Assembly (NCBI GenBank): GCA_030141605.1
Contig: JAQGDQ010000003.1
Coordinates: forward strand, 2,604,001 to 2,668,000
Direction: 5' to 3'
Source of the DNA: Tubiluchus corallicola
Taxonomy: Eukaryota > Animalia > Priapulida
Length of the DNA: 64,000 nucleotides
A program made the position numbers and the translations under genes. The notes beneath the pieces were generated by a model. That model made no database searches, was not told where the DNA came from, and saw only the letters and a list, made by a program, of their open reading frames with translations. How positions within the stretch are numbered: position 1 is the stretch's first letter; every line of letters begins with the position of its first letter. Shown here piece by piece: positions 49,273-63,509 of this stretch.

Positions 49273-51949
49273 TGTAGGAAATAAATGCAGCTTCAAAAAA
49301 TACAATAGAGAAATCTAAAAACAACGATAACAACAATAACAAATAAAAACAGCACATGCCAATACAGATAAGTATTATCACAAACATTACATGATACCAT
49401 AGCTTACATACCTAAAGCTAAATCGTACTAAAATAATTTCTAATAATGATTGATATTTATACACTGATGCAAGCCAAGCCAGGGCTGGAAAACATTTAGG
49501 GGCTGGTGCACATAATTCTGTGGAACACTTTTTCCGTCAGAGAGATATAAATTTAAAACTAAATTTTTTTTCAAAATTTGAATGGAAAAAGCTCTAGTGG
49601 TAGAATGTTTGTCCAAGTTTACGTAGTTAAAATTGTGAGCGATTTAGAACTAGAATGGCCAAGATTATTATAATTATTTTTAATAATTATACATGTCTCA
49701 TTTCTTATTATTTCGTTATTTTTTCAGCAATTACTTTCTGTCTCTACTCTACCCTAACCAATAAAAATTTTATTAGTAAGAGGTTATTTAATTATTTTAC
49801 ACATTTTAGGAAGAGGTGTCAATTATGATAATAATCATAATGATGATTATGATGATAACAATAATAATAATATAACAGTCTGTAACACAAAATTTTTCTG
49901 GTGATTGTCTAAAAATTCAAAAGAGCCCTATATGCAATGACTTGAGAGTGCATAAACACTGACTAGCATACCATAAACCAAAAAAATTTTTGTTTCCAGT
50001 TTTGCATATGGTGTAAAAGATACATTGTCTCTTGCTACATTGCTTTCTTTGTTTTATGGGTTTACAGGTAATCCTTGACTTACGACCTGTGCAAGTCATG
50101 ACTTTCAGCTTTACAGCACGACCACAATTTAATTCATTTATTATATAAAACTAATAATAACTCATATTTTCTTCTTGTTTTAAGCAATTTTCAGTCGCTA
50201 GCTGTTACAATAGATTCACAGTTTTGAAATGTTTAATATATTCTTACGATAAAATTATTTACGCTGGGCAACTATATTTCATTCACTTGCCTTCTCAGTC
50301 AGATCACATGCTCAAAGGTCACCGCCTAAACCCATGCAGCAGACTAAAAATTTCAGTCCCGCTACTGAATTTTGATCATTTGACTTGTTTTGCTACAAGT
50401 TTATTTCACACCATCATGCTTAGTCTTGTTAATTTTAGTTATATTGGTGTGCAGCATGCCTTGCAGTGGACAGTAACGGTTTCTTAGCAGCACTGATGTA
50501 GCCTGTAAGCTGACTAGGCTGTAGTCAAAAAGCTGATTGGCCCATCACTAACAAACCTGCAAACTCTCAACCACTAGGCATGTGTAACAAACATTTTAAG
50601 TCCTTCACACGTACACACGGATCAAATTTCAATTCTCACACATTTTGCAACTTCACATGCAAGTTTGCAAATCACCTGCCTTCCTTCGATAACACAGTAG
50701 CATTCAAGTCTAACGAAGTATATTATACTAAAGGGTATTACAATTATTAAAAATTAAGCATTTTTAATGCCTTTGAGCTTTTTTTATTTTTACATGCAAG
50801 AGCACTATGGCTTCAATTGTGCCAACACTCCCCTCTGTCACTTTGGCTACATTCTACTAGCGACGTAGGCACTACTACTTAACTGTTGACCTCCACCCAA
50901 TCTGGGCTTCCCTGTTGTAAGCCAGCCCTAATATACCACCTTAAGCTGATGAGTCTGTTGCTATGAAACTTCTTTACTGTTTTCAATAAGTTTATTTTGC
51001 TTAAATCTGTGCAGTTTGATGTTTTCTGTTAGTGATTTCATATACAAAAGAATATAATAACAAAAAAGCACAGTGAGCTGCAATAACAGCATCACAAAAA
51101 TTAGTAGTACCCAAACATTGCTTTAATCTTTTTATTTTTCGCCTTAATTATTTGACAATTTGCCCTCGACTCCCAGTCTCTTGCCAGAGGCAATTTGACC
51201 ACCGGGCTTTATACGTTTCACACTCATTTTTACATCAAAAAGTTGGCAGGTCTGCTGTAAGCCTATATAATAACACAACTGGATTACTAATTAACACTAA
51301 ATCAATAATAAATGGTGCAGCCGCTATATAGTATATATATACAATGTAGCACATTCAGACTCAAAATTAAGTAGGTGTGACGTGACTACACTCACCATTG
51401 ACATTCTAATAAAACCCTGTATTGTAATTAATTACATTATAATATAAGACCTATATTATATTATAATTTTATAATAATGCCTAGTAGTAGTACTAGTACT
51501 AGTAGTAAAGTAATACTATAATGAAATTAATGGATATTGATAATTCTAATAATAGGCATACTTCGCTTCTCACACACTTGCTGTTGGGTCTTTAAGTCTA
51601 TATTTGTATAGTGTTACCCAGTTAGTAAATAACGCTGAAATGAATACACAACTTTTACGCACCTATACCACAACAATCCATTTAAGGATTTCACGGTTCG
51701 CCATGCTTAAATTGCAGTTACTGCCATCTGTGGCTACGTTCTTCAATTATATAAAACGGACAAGACCAGAGAATATTGTGCCCACTGCCCATGGACAATA
51801 ATTAAATTTAATTTTTTAACTGATAAAACGAGTAATAAACAATAAAGCAGTAACAAAACAATATTATTACATCAAAGTACATGAACCAATAGAAATGTAG
51901 CACGCACTAGGCATTTAATGCGAAAGATTCGTGCGTCTAAACAGCCTGC

Positions 51950-52510
51950 AATGTTGATGAATGGAACGACTCAAATTAGTCGTGTTACAGTGTTGAACTT
52001 GCAGATGTCTCCCAAGCTTATTCTATGAATACTAACCAGTGGCATGTTCTCAGAGCGTTTATCCTTTACTCTAACTTTCAGGATGTTTTTGGCTGAGCTG
52101 AAGACAGTAAATTTCCACTTTTCCAGGCACACAGTTCAATTGAAATAATCATTCCTAGAGTTTTTCCTTCACTCCAGTCATGCCCTCAAGATGCCAGCTG
52201 TGCGAAATGCGCGAAGCCTTTAGCAATGTACTTTGACGTAATGTTGTTCTTCTTTTATTACCCATTGTTTTCGTACCCCTTGCAAAACGTTATTTTGTCT
52301 GTAATAGCATATTTGCTTTCCTTACCTTGTATAGGTGCCTCTAGATTGATCTGGAAGATGCATTCCATCAATGTAGTTGAGGAAACTGACTAAGAGAATT
52401 TTGTAAGCTCTCGTTACAACACAAAGATATCTGTTTAAATACCTCGGCGTGCTTTGCTTGAACAAGTTGATGTCAACGTGAAAAAATACTGTTTCATTTG
52501 GCACTACATA
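51950..52510 (-). mobile_element. Probable highly decayed LINE 3' remnant
   Basis: GC-richer island with broken frames (TYTR*GKQI, RTAGILRA) loosely like the post-RT region of non-LTR elements. Confidence 0.3.
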
Positions 52511-52775
52511 ATAATTACTTTATCCCCAAACTTAATGCTGATGTCAGGTCATTGGACAACAGGATAACAGACCTGTTATTTGTTATTAACTTTATCGTCA
52601 TTTGATGGACAATCAAAAATTTTATTTTTTAAAATTAAAAATTCAATTTAAGCTTCCCTTTAAATAGTTGCATCTTCTAAATTTATCATTGACCAGCATG
52701 TTAACCGTACTGCAAAAGGAAGAGAGATAATATTATAGCTTGGAGTAAATTAAAACTTTAAAATAATAAAAAAAC

Positions 52776-52910
52776 ATGATGATAATAATAATAACAACAA
52801 TAATTATGACGATGATGGTGGTGGTAATGATGATGATGATGATGATGATGACGACGACGAAGACGATGAAGGTGATGATGACAATGGCAACAATGATGAC
52901 GACAACGACA
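52776..52910. repeat. Compound trinucleotide microsatellite (ATG/ATA/ACG/GTG)n
   Basis: Direct reading; it accounts for the poly-Ile and poly-Met ORFs. Confidence 0.92.
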
Positions 52911-53307
52911 TTACAATACCACAACAAAACAATGAGTCTTGAGCTTTGGCATCAGGTGTTTGTTGCAGCCTTTAGAACATTGAACAGTTTTTGTTAACGT
53001 CTTTAACAACTTTCATGCAATGTTGGTCTTTTTGGGGTTTTTTATCGTAATTAAGTAAATGATAAAATTTGACGATAAGACGACAAATAGAAATTTTTAT
53101 CCTGTCCCTTTATATCAAGCGAATGTAGAAAAGTGCATACTATTCAGACACTGTGTACGTCGATCAAACAGTAATATTTTATGTAAAATTTCAGTATCAT
53201 CGGTATCACAGGTTATTTATAACACAGTTGAATACAGAAATATATACTACGCATCACAGTGGCATAAGCCTGCAACTGAGTTAGTAGACAAACTAAGACG
53301 ATGCAGC

Positions 53308-55749
53308 CTACTTATTTATATGGTTAGATCTGTTCTTCACAGAACACAGCGCTTTTTTATCATCTAAGATATCTGTTCTACCAATTTCATGCACATTTAC
53401 ACTGACACCTGATGCAGAATAATCTTCCTCTTCTATCTCATTCCTAGTTTGTATCTGCCGACCAGAAGGTAATAAAGGCGGAGATTCTGATTTACTGGGT
53501 TTGGGCAATGATCGCAACACCCTGTTAGGAGAGGGTGGCTCTGAAGCTTCGTCTATATATTGGATCCCATCTCCATTTACTACTATAACTGCTGTTGGAA
53601 CTGGGACTGTGAAATTGTTATCCTGCTTACTTTCTTTTGCTCCTTCAGGAAGGTAACCTCGTTCACCCTGTTCATCAGAGGGTACATATACGAACGAGGT
53701 CTCAGCACTTTCATGCTTAAGTAATCTGCGCGGCGACACTTTGGGTGAACTTTGAGGGCTCTTATGACCTATTTCAGCAATAACAACTGGAAAACCTGGC
53801 AGATGAAAATTGTCGTCTCGAGAAACGGTTGGAGTACGTGGCCGACTTGGCTGACTTCCTCTATCCAGCCTTCGACGCCCGGTGTCCAGATGCTGATTAT
53901 CTCGCTTGTCACCTAGCAAGGCTTTCCGGATTCCTCCTTTGTCTTTCCCAAATAACGTTTTAGCAATTGCTAAATCATGTTCTTCTTCTATATGCTCATA
54001 TCTGATTTCGGGTGGTGTTGGTGTAGGTGGCAGTCTGCTCTGAGACGCACGTAAATTTTCTGATAACACAGGAACTACCTGTCTTGAACCTCTCCTCGTC
54101 GTGGATTTGAAAAGACTAACAGCAATGGCTTTTCTTTTTGCTTCAAAATTGCTTCTGCAAAATTAAACAAAAATGACGATATTATTTAAGTTTATTGTAC
54201 CAAATAGTAAAAAATATCCAAGTAAAAATGCCGAATAACACCAGAAGTTGATAATAATTTACAAAAAACATTTAGCGTTTCTGCAATTTCTGCAAAAAAT
54301 ATGGTAACAGAATATAGTCTTAAAATAATTACATACAGCAAATATAATTGCAACAATAATGACAGTAAATATTCGTATTAAATTAACAGTCGTTAGGTTA
54401 TTGTAATATATCAGTAATATAACACCTTTAAAGAAGCAGTCGCCACTAATTCGAACAACTGACTGCTATTTGAGTACCAGGCAAACTAAAAAGACTAGTG
54501 AGTGTCACACGTACATAATTTTATTTAAACTAAAGTTCACTTCATTTTTGCACTTGTGGCCTCGACCTATACCTTTGACGTTTTCGATCAAACAGCAATA
54601 GCTTTTAGGAGGTCTTATCCAGATCTACCCCTATGCCAAGTTTTGTGATTGAAGTTCCACTCCGTTTTGATTTTATTATGCGGACAAACTTTTTTGACCT
54701 TTTGCTCTTTTGAACACGAAAGCAACGGTTTTTAGGTTTTACCTAAACTTATTCCTGTACGAGGTTTTGGAACGACGCCCAACATGCTCTATACTTCACG
54801 CACTGACAACTTCGTCAACTTTTTCAATCTTTCAAAAAACCTGTTATGCGAAAATCAAATTTACCTGATAATTTACCCAGTCTTACCTATTCACGTTATA
54901 TAGAACTTCGGCAGAGAGTAAACCACCGGGTGATTTTGGGATTCTTGACTCTAACTCTGACACTATGATCAAAATATGACTAACATTTGACTTTCACATA
55001 CATTCAAGTATAATAGAGAAAACATTAAAGTGACTTACATAGTACGTCAGTAACGTCACCGTACTTGTTATTAGCATCAGCTATTTCCTAGACGCAGTCA
55101 GTCGGTATCATTAATAATAGTAGACATTCGCACAACATAAGTGTTGTTTTTAAAGAAAATTTTTAAAAGCATCCTCTTTTCGGGTACTCACGTTTTGTTA
55201 TACTTCTTTGATATGGAATGAGAAAAAAGGCATAGTATCACAGAAGCAGCGACACCAGCAATTGCAAGTCCAAAAACTTGAGTAGCAGTTAACTTATCAA
55301 CACCTGTCAAAAAACTTACAATTATTACAACATATTATTTGTACAAAAATTACGAATAGGCCTATATTATTTATAACCTGTGCCAAGCATGATTTGTTAT
55401 TAAAGACAATTCGACAACATATACATAATTGTTTTCAGTCAATGAGCCACAAAATGGGACACACTAATTTGCCTAATCCTATTTCACCTTGCTGCGTAAT
55501 TGCTGTTATAAGCTAAAATTGCACAGGCCCTACGTTAAAGTTTATAAATCCACTCTATTATGACATGAATATAATAAGTGAGCAGCCAGCATTTTTAATT
55601 ACAACGGTTATAAGTTTACGCCAGCACACACAGCAACTTTTTGTTGTTACATAGAAATAAAAAGATTATCACTCACCTGGACCTAAGATATCAGGTTGGT
55701 TCGTATAATTAGATGTCAATGTGAAATTGACGTATTCCAGAGTAGTCAT
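53308..55749 (-). CDS. Uncharacterised single-pass (type III-like) membrane protein with a long disordered cytoplasmic tail; at least 3 exons, 343 aa
   Basis: Exons 55749-55677 (MTTLEYVNFTLTSNYTNQPDILGP, two N-glycosylation sequons), 55303-55192 (TM QVFGLAIAGVAASVILCLFSHSI then SKKYNK) and 54154-53308 join in frame (1032 nt, GT-AG). An acceptor before 55760 allows further upstream exons. Confidence 0.8.
54483..55018 (+). mobile_element. Non-autonomous interspersed repeat (possibly Helitron/Helentron-associated) in an intron
   Basis: Contains GACCT..CCTTTGAC...CCTATGCCAAGTTT...CCGTTTT...TGCGGACAAAC motifs that I recall from common invertebrate non-autonomous repeats. The class is uncertain. 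Confidence 0.35.
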
Positions 55750-56314
55750 AATACGTTTTGCTTTGAAATAAACAAATAATCTGATGTTTTTATAAGATCT
55801 TCTTTTAATTCATTCAGCTCACTAACGAACGCTGTATGACATTAAATGCATTCAAGTTTTTACTGTTTATATAAATATTCAAAATGCTTGATGATAACAC
55901 GATAGTTATGCCAACGTTATAGGCAGCTACTCTATATGCATATTGAAACCAAGTGCCGTGTGTGAAAAAATAGTGAATCAATACTAGTCGCCCAGTCGAC
56001 ACACATTGCTTAGTAGCTGTTCACAAGTATTGATATATTCTAAATCCATTTATGCTCTAGACTGGGGCGCCTTTTACAACTGCATCTGAAAGCGGTCCAA
56101 GTCTTTTCGGAAAGTAGGCTATTATTAAATTCCATGTTTACAGACCAGTTCTACATTCAGAAGTTCATTCATTCGTATAAGCACTCTATCAGATTTAATA
56201 ACAACGCAGTAACATTGTTTGTAGGTCTAGTTGAGGCAAAGTATTATGTCTTTACTCTCCAGTTCCGTATAGAAATTGTACTTATGCCACACATAAATCT
56301 TTTAACCATATCTG

Positions 56315-56388
56315 CATAATGTATTTCTGCTGTTCTTATTGTACTCCACCATAACGTATTTCTGCCGTTCTTATTGTATTCCACCATA
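56315..56388. repeat. 35-bp tandem duplication
   Basis: GTATTTCTGCYGTTCTTATTGTAYTCCACCATAA occurs twice. Confidence 0.85.
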
Positions 56389-59085
56389 AAGGTTAGCTAC
56401 AACACTGCTGTAGACGTTTTACGCAAGGCATGGTAAATTTATCAATAAAGTTGTATTGATCTTTGGACTCCGCTGTTACGGTAGTAGAAAATTTCCGTTA
56501 GCTAGATGTAAGCATAGTTTAAGTAAATATATACGGCAAAAAGATTTTAATCACATTATAATTATGAAAAATTTCATCAAGTATTCAAGATACTGGTTCA
56601 AGTATTATTATTCATTGTCGATAACAGAATGCATGCGCACGTACATGGAGTAGACTCGACGTGATTTCATCAAATTTCTGTTTTCATTAACATCACTGTA
56701 ATTTTTATTTTTGTTATTAAATTTTAATGCCAAGTATTTAAAACTACAGTATTAACGAATTAAACTTATTGTGGCTAATGAAAAAGCCTAATTTCTGGAT
56801 AAAACGTGATTATTATCAGCAACAGCAACACAAATATTTTATAATAGCGCAGCTCATGGGTTACATATTGGAATTAGCAGAAAACACGTCAGGCTATAAG
56901 TTTATTACAATGATTTAATTAGCACGTCACGGTCATAATAATATTATTCAAATATGAAACTATTATCAAAATTTATTAATAATGTTGACAAAATATTATT
57001 CGCTGTATAATGTAACGCTGTCAGCAGTCAATCTGTGGAGCTCAGATAATTGTTTTATTTATTTATGAAATCTTAGTAACCACATATAAATGAATCAATA
57101 AAAAAACAGAATTTACAATCAAATACATGGATACAATCAACACAACAAAATGCATACAATTGAAATATATTATACACAAATTTTGAAACAAAACTAGAAG
57201 CTGATTGTACGTACACTAACACTAAGAGGACCCATAATTACTACTAGCATTTGACAAGAGAGAATCAAAAAAATTGCAGAAGTGTTCACCACATTTGTTC
57301 AAGAAAATAACGAATGGCCCAAGTGTATGTTGACAATTAATATGAAAGTCCAATATTAATCAATCTACGTTCATAGAATCTAATGAATTACATTTAATGC
57401 TTTTTATAGTATTGCATCTGCCCATAGACCAAGGCACACTATTATAGTAATTAATCAATATCATCTATCATTTATGAGAGTGTCGCCATTGCCACTTGCT
57501 GTCTGTTGACAATGTTTTTTATACTCGGGTTCAGATTTTAGTTGCAGTCAGTGCACGTCGTTACGTTTCGGGCTTCATTTGGGGCAAGAGGATACGACGC
57601 TTTATTGAATTCCAGTCTTCCTGCTGTTAAATAAACAGTCTCGTATTAACACCCAGCTTCACTTTTGTATCTGTACTTCAAAGTTCCTTGGTTGAGTTGT
57701 GCCAAGTAATGAATTATTATTAATTAGTTACACTTTTCAGTATAAAGTAAATTTTCTGCTGTTACTTCTGGCAGGTTGTCGATATTTATAACATCCTGCA
57801 AAAATGTCAGACATAACTCTGTCCAATAATATTACAAAATGCATGGTCAAGGAGCAATTAAAACAAACACGTACAAACTACATTAATATTATATTGCTAT
57901 AATTCGTATTGTTATTGCAGTACAGAAATAGAATGGCAAAAACAAACAAATTTAGGAAAATTATACAAACAAATATTTGTACGAATCCTATCAACAAGAA
58001 CTAGTGTATAAAAAAAACAAAGTTTTAACTTTAAATGCTTACTAAGTGCAGGAAAAGAAAAATATACCCCGTTGTGACTCACATTGATTTGTGCCTATCT
58101 AATCAGACAAAGTGGACACTGCGGGAACAACGAAACAACGGCATCTCAGATTGCAAAGCAAGGGCTGTTAGTGCAATAATAAAGCACAACTAAATATGAA
58201 AGAAGTGGTAAACTACAAAGAATATCCAAATAACATCTTTCTTAACATGACGTCATTATAATAGCATTTCTTATTGTACCCTGTTACTGTTATAAATGAT
58301 TGATTTGATTTAAAACGTCTTACAGTTAATAATTAAATGTTAATGAGTATATTTCATGTATATCCCATGCGAATTGTTTAATAAGTGATTTGCATAGTTT
58401 GCACAAATTTGTTTTCTTACGTGCAAGGTTCTGAAACCACGCGATTACAAAACATGCGCCATATGACTGGCATAAGTGGTCACCAACCGCAGATGGTCGT
58501 CAGGCATACTTAGAAGCAAAGTTTGAAGCAGTACGTGAGTATTAAGAGCGTCGCTATTGCTAGCGTAAATGGACTTCGTGCCGCTGATGTTGGTGCTGAA
58601 AACCACTGAAATAGTTGTGTCTGGTTATCTGCTTGCATTTACCTGTCTTGACGACACATTTTTTTTATTTTAGAAGTTCTGCCTGCTAAATGTCTACAAT
58701 AGAAGTAATGGGTATATGATGTTGATTAGTTAACCTTCGATGATCGGGGCAAAGCTAATGCTAGCTTTTTGCCCATGGTTGCTACTAATTGTACTCTTAA
58801 TGTTGTAGATCCGGTTAAATACAGTAACTGTTAATACTGTGCCAATGTGGTGATAATTCTTATTGAACCAAAGGTCGGTTTGATACTCAAGTCATTCAAC
58901 ATTCATGCCTGGAACGCACTATTCAATATTGAATTAAAAGCTGGTTTGATATTTAGAGTATTGAAAATTCAAAATATCTTCAAACGTTTTTCTTGAGTTA
59001 CAGGTAAGTCTGTAACACCTCATCAAAGATCATTATTGTATATTGTTCTGTAGTAGTCTTGTCTTTTAGCATGATTACCTAGTAG

Positions 59086-62000
59086 TAGGGTGGCTGACGC
59101 GCGCCGCCATATTGTGGGAGATGAAGGTAGAACATCATTTTCTAGCATATTTCGGTTATCAGTTTTCAAACAATATGAAAGTAAATTAAAAATCAAATTA
59201 ATACAGTTAAACTACTGTTGTCGATCTTTTATCTGCCGAAATTTAATTTTCCGTACTGTCCTAAGTTTTGAGCAGGAAACTTGTGAAGTTGTCAAAAACG
59301 GCTTTACTGCAATCGATCCGTCAGCGTGACATCAAAAATGGCCCCGATTTAAAAATTTCGATGGGTATTTTCAAATCAATTTGCGGCCCGGACTAACAGC
59401 CTCATTTTCGATATTATCAGCCTTATCTGGGTAAAAAAGGTCGGCAAATTTTTTTGAGACCCGAACCTCAATTAAATTACAACATTTTGTCCGTCAAAAT
59501 AGCGTCTCTTTTTTTCGCACTGCGGTATTAAGCCTTCAAAGAGTGGAAATCTTATTGGTTCGCATATAAAAATATTCTTAAATGTGTTATCTTAATTCTA
59601 AAACACGTAATGATTGGATAAAATGAGTTAGTCCGGGCCGCATTTGTCCATTTAGAGAACCCGGTTTGTAATGAAAACTCCTCCTTTGCCTCCTCGCTGA
59701 TTGGACAATTCGGGTGATGTCATGTACAGCTTGAGCTGTGACAAGGCGCTTTGCGATTGGTTGCTGGAAGTAAATACATTGTAGATGGGCGCAGCGCCTG
59801 AAAGATTTATTGTGAAAGCCAATATCAAAAGGTGGAACTTATCTAACCGCAAGAGTATACTTCTGGGTAAGTTATTGAAATTTTGTTGTTTACTACTGTA
59901 CCGTGTATTCGCCGTGTCTACTACTGTACCTGCATTCGCTTTGTGTCTTGTGCCTGTATGCTTGCTTATACTTGTACTTGCGCTCTTATATGGTATTTGT
60001 TAAAGTTCTACTACAGTTTTTTTTGTTTGACTATTTCTTGACATTTTAATGTGCTTGCAACCAGTTGTATGAAGTCATTTCTAAAGATGAAACCTAACAG
60101 TTTATACTGATTAATTAATTTCACCTCAAAAGTACTTTATCGCTATAACATTGGTTCAAATGCTTTTTAAATTTAAGGATACTTTGTGTGGGCCTAGCTA
60201 ATGCAGGTAAAGTTTGCTTATTACTCGAGCTGAAATTACTTCTGAAAGCATTAGCTGTAACTTCTAAAACAACTGCTTTGTCTAAAACAATTTTAAATAC
60301 ACATTTTAGTTTTTCATGTTATTTTTTGTTTTAATCACAAGACCTTTGCTACTACATTGAATTCTATTGTTTGCACATTGCCTACCAGTACAAAATTATT
60401 ATGCCTTAAAGTCAATTGCTAATAAATTCATTAGATGCTCTAAAATGTACTGTGTATATCCAACCAGAATCACCTCACACTCCCAAAATTATTATGTGCA
60501 ACCAATATTTTAGCCGTTTTTGTCCTATGTTAGTCACATTATAATGAAAGCAGGTTAAAGTATTTATTTGCCAAGAATTTAATTACTTCATTAACTATTC
60601 TGACTAAACTTTAGTTTTGGCTAAAGGTTTTCCAGTCAACAAAACTAAGATAAACAAAACTATTAATTTTAATATTTATTATGATGTTAAAGAATAATTA
60701 TGAGAAACTTAAATATTGAAAACTTGTTTTTCTAGGCTTTTCAAATCTTACCTAACCTAGTGGAACCCTGCAGACCAGTAAAGTTATTATAGTGTCATCT
60801 TCATTTTGCGTTATACAACTGCTAAAAGATCAACATTTGAATTTGGAGTTCAAGATCAGATAATTAATAAAACCGCTGACATTTTTGAGATTTAACGTAC
60901 TATTTTAAAAATCAAAGGTTTCAAACATGTAAACTTTTGTACATTAGCTTGTAAATGCTTGTTGTTAAAAGTAAGCTTAAATCATTAGCATCTCTTGTGC
61001 AGAAAATTCAAATACTCAGCAGTAGTGGGTGCATCTTAGACTTCTTGTAGTTAGATGTTGTGCTTGTATCCAAAAAACCCATATCAGGTTTACTTGCAAT
61101 AATTTTACTTTTCGTTTTCCATTTTTACCCAAGTTTGATAACTAGGCGTAGTCTATCATTAATTCATTAAAACCTTCATATTAAGAAAGTAGTACAAAAA
61201 TTGTATAATGTACTATAAAAAGAAATCAGATATGAATACTTTGTGTAGTTAACATCATTATTTATAATAAATTTACTTTGCATTATTACAAGTTAAGTTT
61301 TAGTTATTTTTTAACTTTTGTCATTTTTGACTTTATTAAATACATCAAAAAAAATTAAAAACATCAATTAGATATGCCCGAAAAAAGGAAAAAAATACAT
61401 GCACTGTCGATTAGATGTACCTGGAAATTGCAAACTTATTAATTAATGCGTTGCCATGACAACGGAGTTTCTTCATCCTAGATTTTTACCTGTACAAGAG
61501 GAAAACATGGATTTGGCACTAAGCACAGAAAAATCACTTCAATGGCTGTGTGTAACCAACTAAATCCCACTTTCTAAAACGCAGAGTTTTCATATCGTAA
61601 ATTTCGTAATACTCACGAAAATGCTGTTTTCCCGGTTTTTCCTGTAAAAATTTTCCCTAGCATAAATCTGAAGATGCAAAGTGTTTATGAATATCAGTTC
61701 TATGTACACTGAGCTACCAAAAGTCATATTAACAATTAACTACCAGCTGAATTGGCATCTTTTATGACAGTCCAAAGTTGACAAGTTAGCACACTTTCGT
61801 AAAAGGTCCATTTTCACATCTGTTAAGGTAAAACAGCATTTGGATGAATTTTGGATGCTGGAAAAATGAATACTATGTTGCCATAGGACTTGATATGATT
61901 ATTTCTCGTGCAATGCACTCCATTTAACAACACTAACATACTAAAACCTGTATTTGGAATTTTTAGTTATAAATAATAGAATGCTAAAAGTACAATTTTT

Positions 62001-62206
62001 AACTTTTTGCTCAAACCGGACTTAGCCATTTTTTGTTACTCCTAAAATGCGAGCGTTTTTTTTGAACTTTAAATGACCGCCATTTCAAGACAAACTAATT
62101 ATTTTAAATCTGATTTTTTTAAATTAACTATATGCTCATAGCACTATCAAATGAGCACAGTTGCGACTATGGTGGCGCGCTCTACAATTTTCGTTCAGCC
62201 ACCCTA
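59086..62206. mobile_element. ~3.1-kb non-autonomous DNA transposon (hAT-like TAGGGTGG termini)
   Basis: Perfect 12-bp TIR TAGGGTGGCTGA (59086-59097) / TCAGCCACCCTA (62195-62206), subterminal GCGCGCCGCCATA / TATGGTGGCGCGC, and flanking direct repeat CTAGTAG (59079-59085, 62207-62213). No transposase ORF. Confidence 0.75.
59382..59642. mobile_element. Small inverted-repeat element nested in the 3.1-kb transposon
   Basis: Perfect 16-bp inverted repeat TGCGGCCCGGACTAAC (59382-59397) / GTTAGTCCGGGCCGCA (59627-59642). Confidence 0.6.
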
Positions 62207-63509
62207 CTAGTAGTTCAGCCACCCTACTACCAGTTAATTAAAAAACCGATCTGAGTGAACTTTTAAAGGTTTTTTTCAAAATAATACTTTGTATCTTTAA
62301 TCTTTTGTCATAGTATGTGCACTGCCTTGATTACACCACTTTTAATGTATTGTTATCCTTTTTCCAGGCACACCTAATTGATATTTTTGTTACATGTATT
62401 ATTGTATAGTATAATTAAAATGTTAACCAACGCATAATTTATGATGATGCACTTTGGTAGTCAAGAACAGTTATCAAATAGAAAGCATTTACAGCACTAC
62501 ATGTGTCACTCTTATTACTAGAAAACCTTAATTACCTGTACCTGACACATCTTTAGGATGCAGTTTTATAAGCATTTTGAATGCTCAATCAGAGCCCAGT
62601 TTAGTTTTCACTGTCCCCAGAGAAGAATGCTGTAACTTCACCTGCGGCACACCTGCATTGCATTTTCTCCGGTACATCTAATCAGAAAATTGTTTTATTA
62701 CATTTGACTATGCACTTTAACGTCTTAGTCATTGAAAACTTCAAGTACTCGAAGTGTAATTAATGAAGGATTGTCCCATATATTGTTGTTTCAAGCTTGT
62801 GAAACTGACATATTAATATAGTATGTATTATATTAAGCTTAAGATGATTAGTCGTTGCTCTGTACATAATTAAAGACACTTGTTTATTGTCCAAGCAGAT
62901 TTTGATTATCAATTTAGTCCTGACTTCAGGCATTTTGTTCAACTTTGAATCAGCTTTTACAAGTATATATTTCTAATCTTGTATGTTATTGTAAGGTATG
63001 CAAGCACAAAATACACAAAATTAAAAAAATAGGAAAAACTTAGTTCAGTAACAATGCAAAATAAATTTATTATAAATGACAAACTTAGCCACATAATATC
63101 AAAGATATTTATACAGTAATGCAACTATTACAGAAAAAGATAATAATAATTTACTTTTTACAAAAACTCTAAAGATGCTTCTAAATTGCCAATTCCGAAT
63201 TCCGGACCTTCATACTCTCCCGCCATTTTGAACTAATGAATGAAAAATAGCTTCTTATTTTAGAAAATATAGTGGAAGCCTTTTGTTGATTGACTAGGAT
63301 CATAAGTAAGCACAACAGTTGTAGAAACCTAGAAAAGACAAGTTTCGAATTAATATAAATACTAATGTGACTGAAGAGGAATAGATCTTGGGTAATTTAC
63401 GACATAAAGTGAAATTTGATTTTTAAATGGCCTTTCAGCCTTTATTTATATGTAGGCAACATACAGAATGCCAAATAACAAAATTTAATATATTTGCAAA
63501 TTCCCTCTT

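Noticed and set aside
52733-52997. Poly-Ile/Val and poly-Met/Thr ORFs resembling a TM protein
   Set aside because: Trinucleotide microsatellite artefact.
57720-59070. Possible minus-strand exons (DVINIDNLPEV..., SAVGDHLCQS)
   Set aside because: Splice-like sites exist, but all frames are interrupted and no coherent gene or GIY-YIG domain could be assembled.
59652-60003. Signal-peptide-like ORFs on both strands
   Set aside because: They lie inside a non-autonomous transposon, one starts at TTG, and there is no supporting exon structure.
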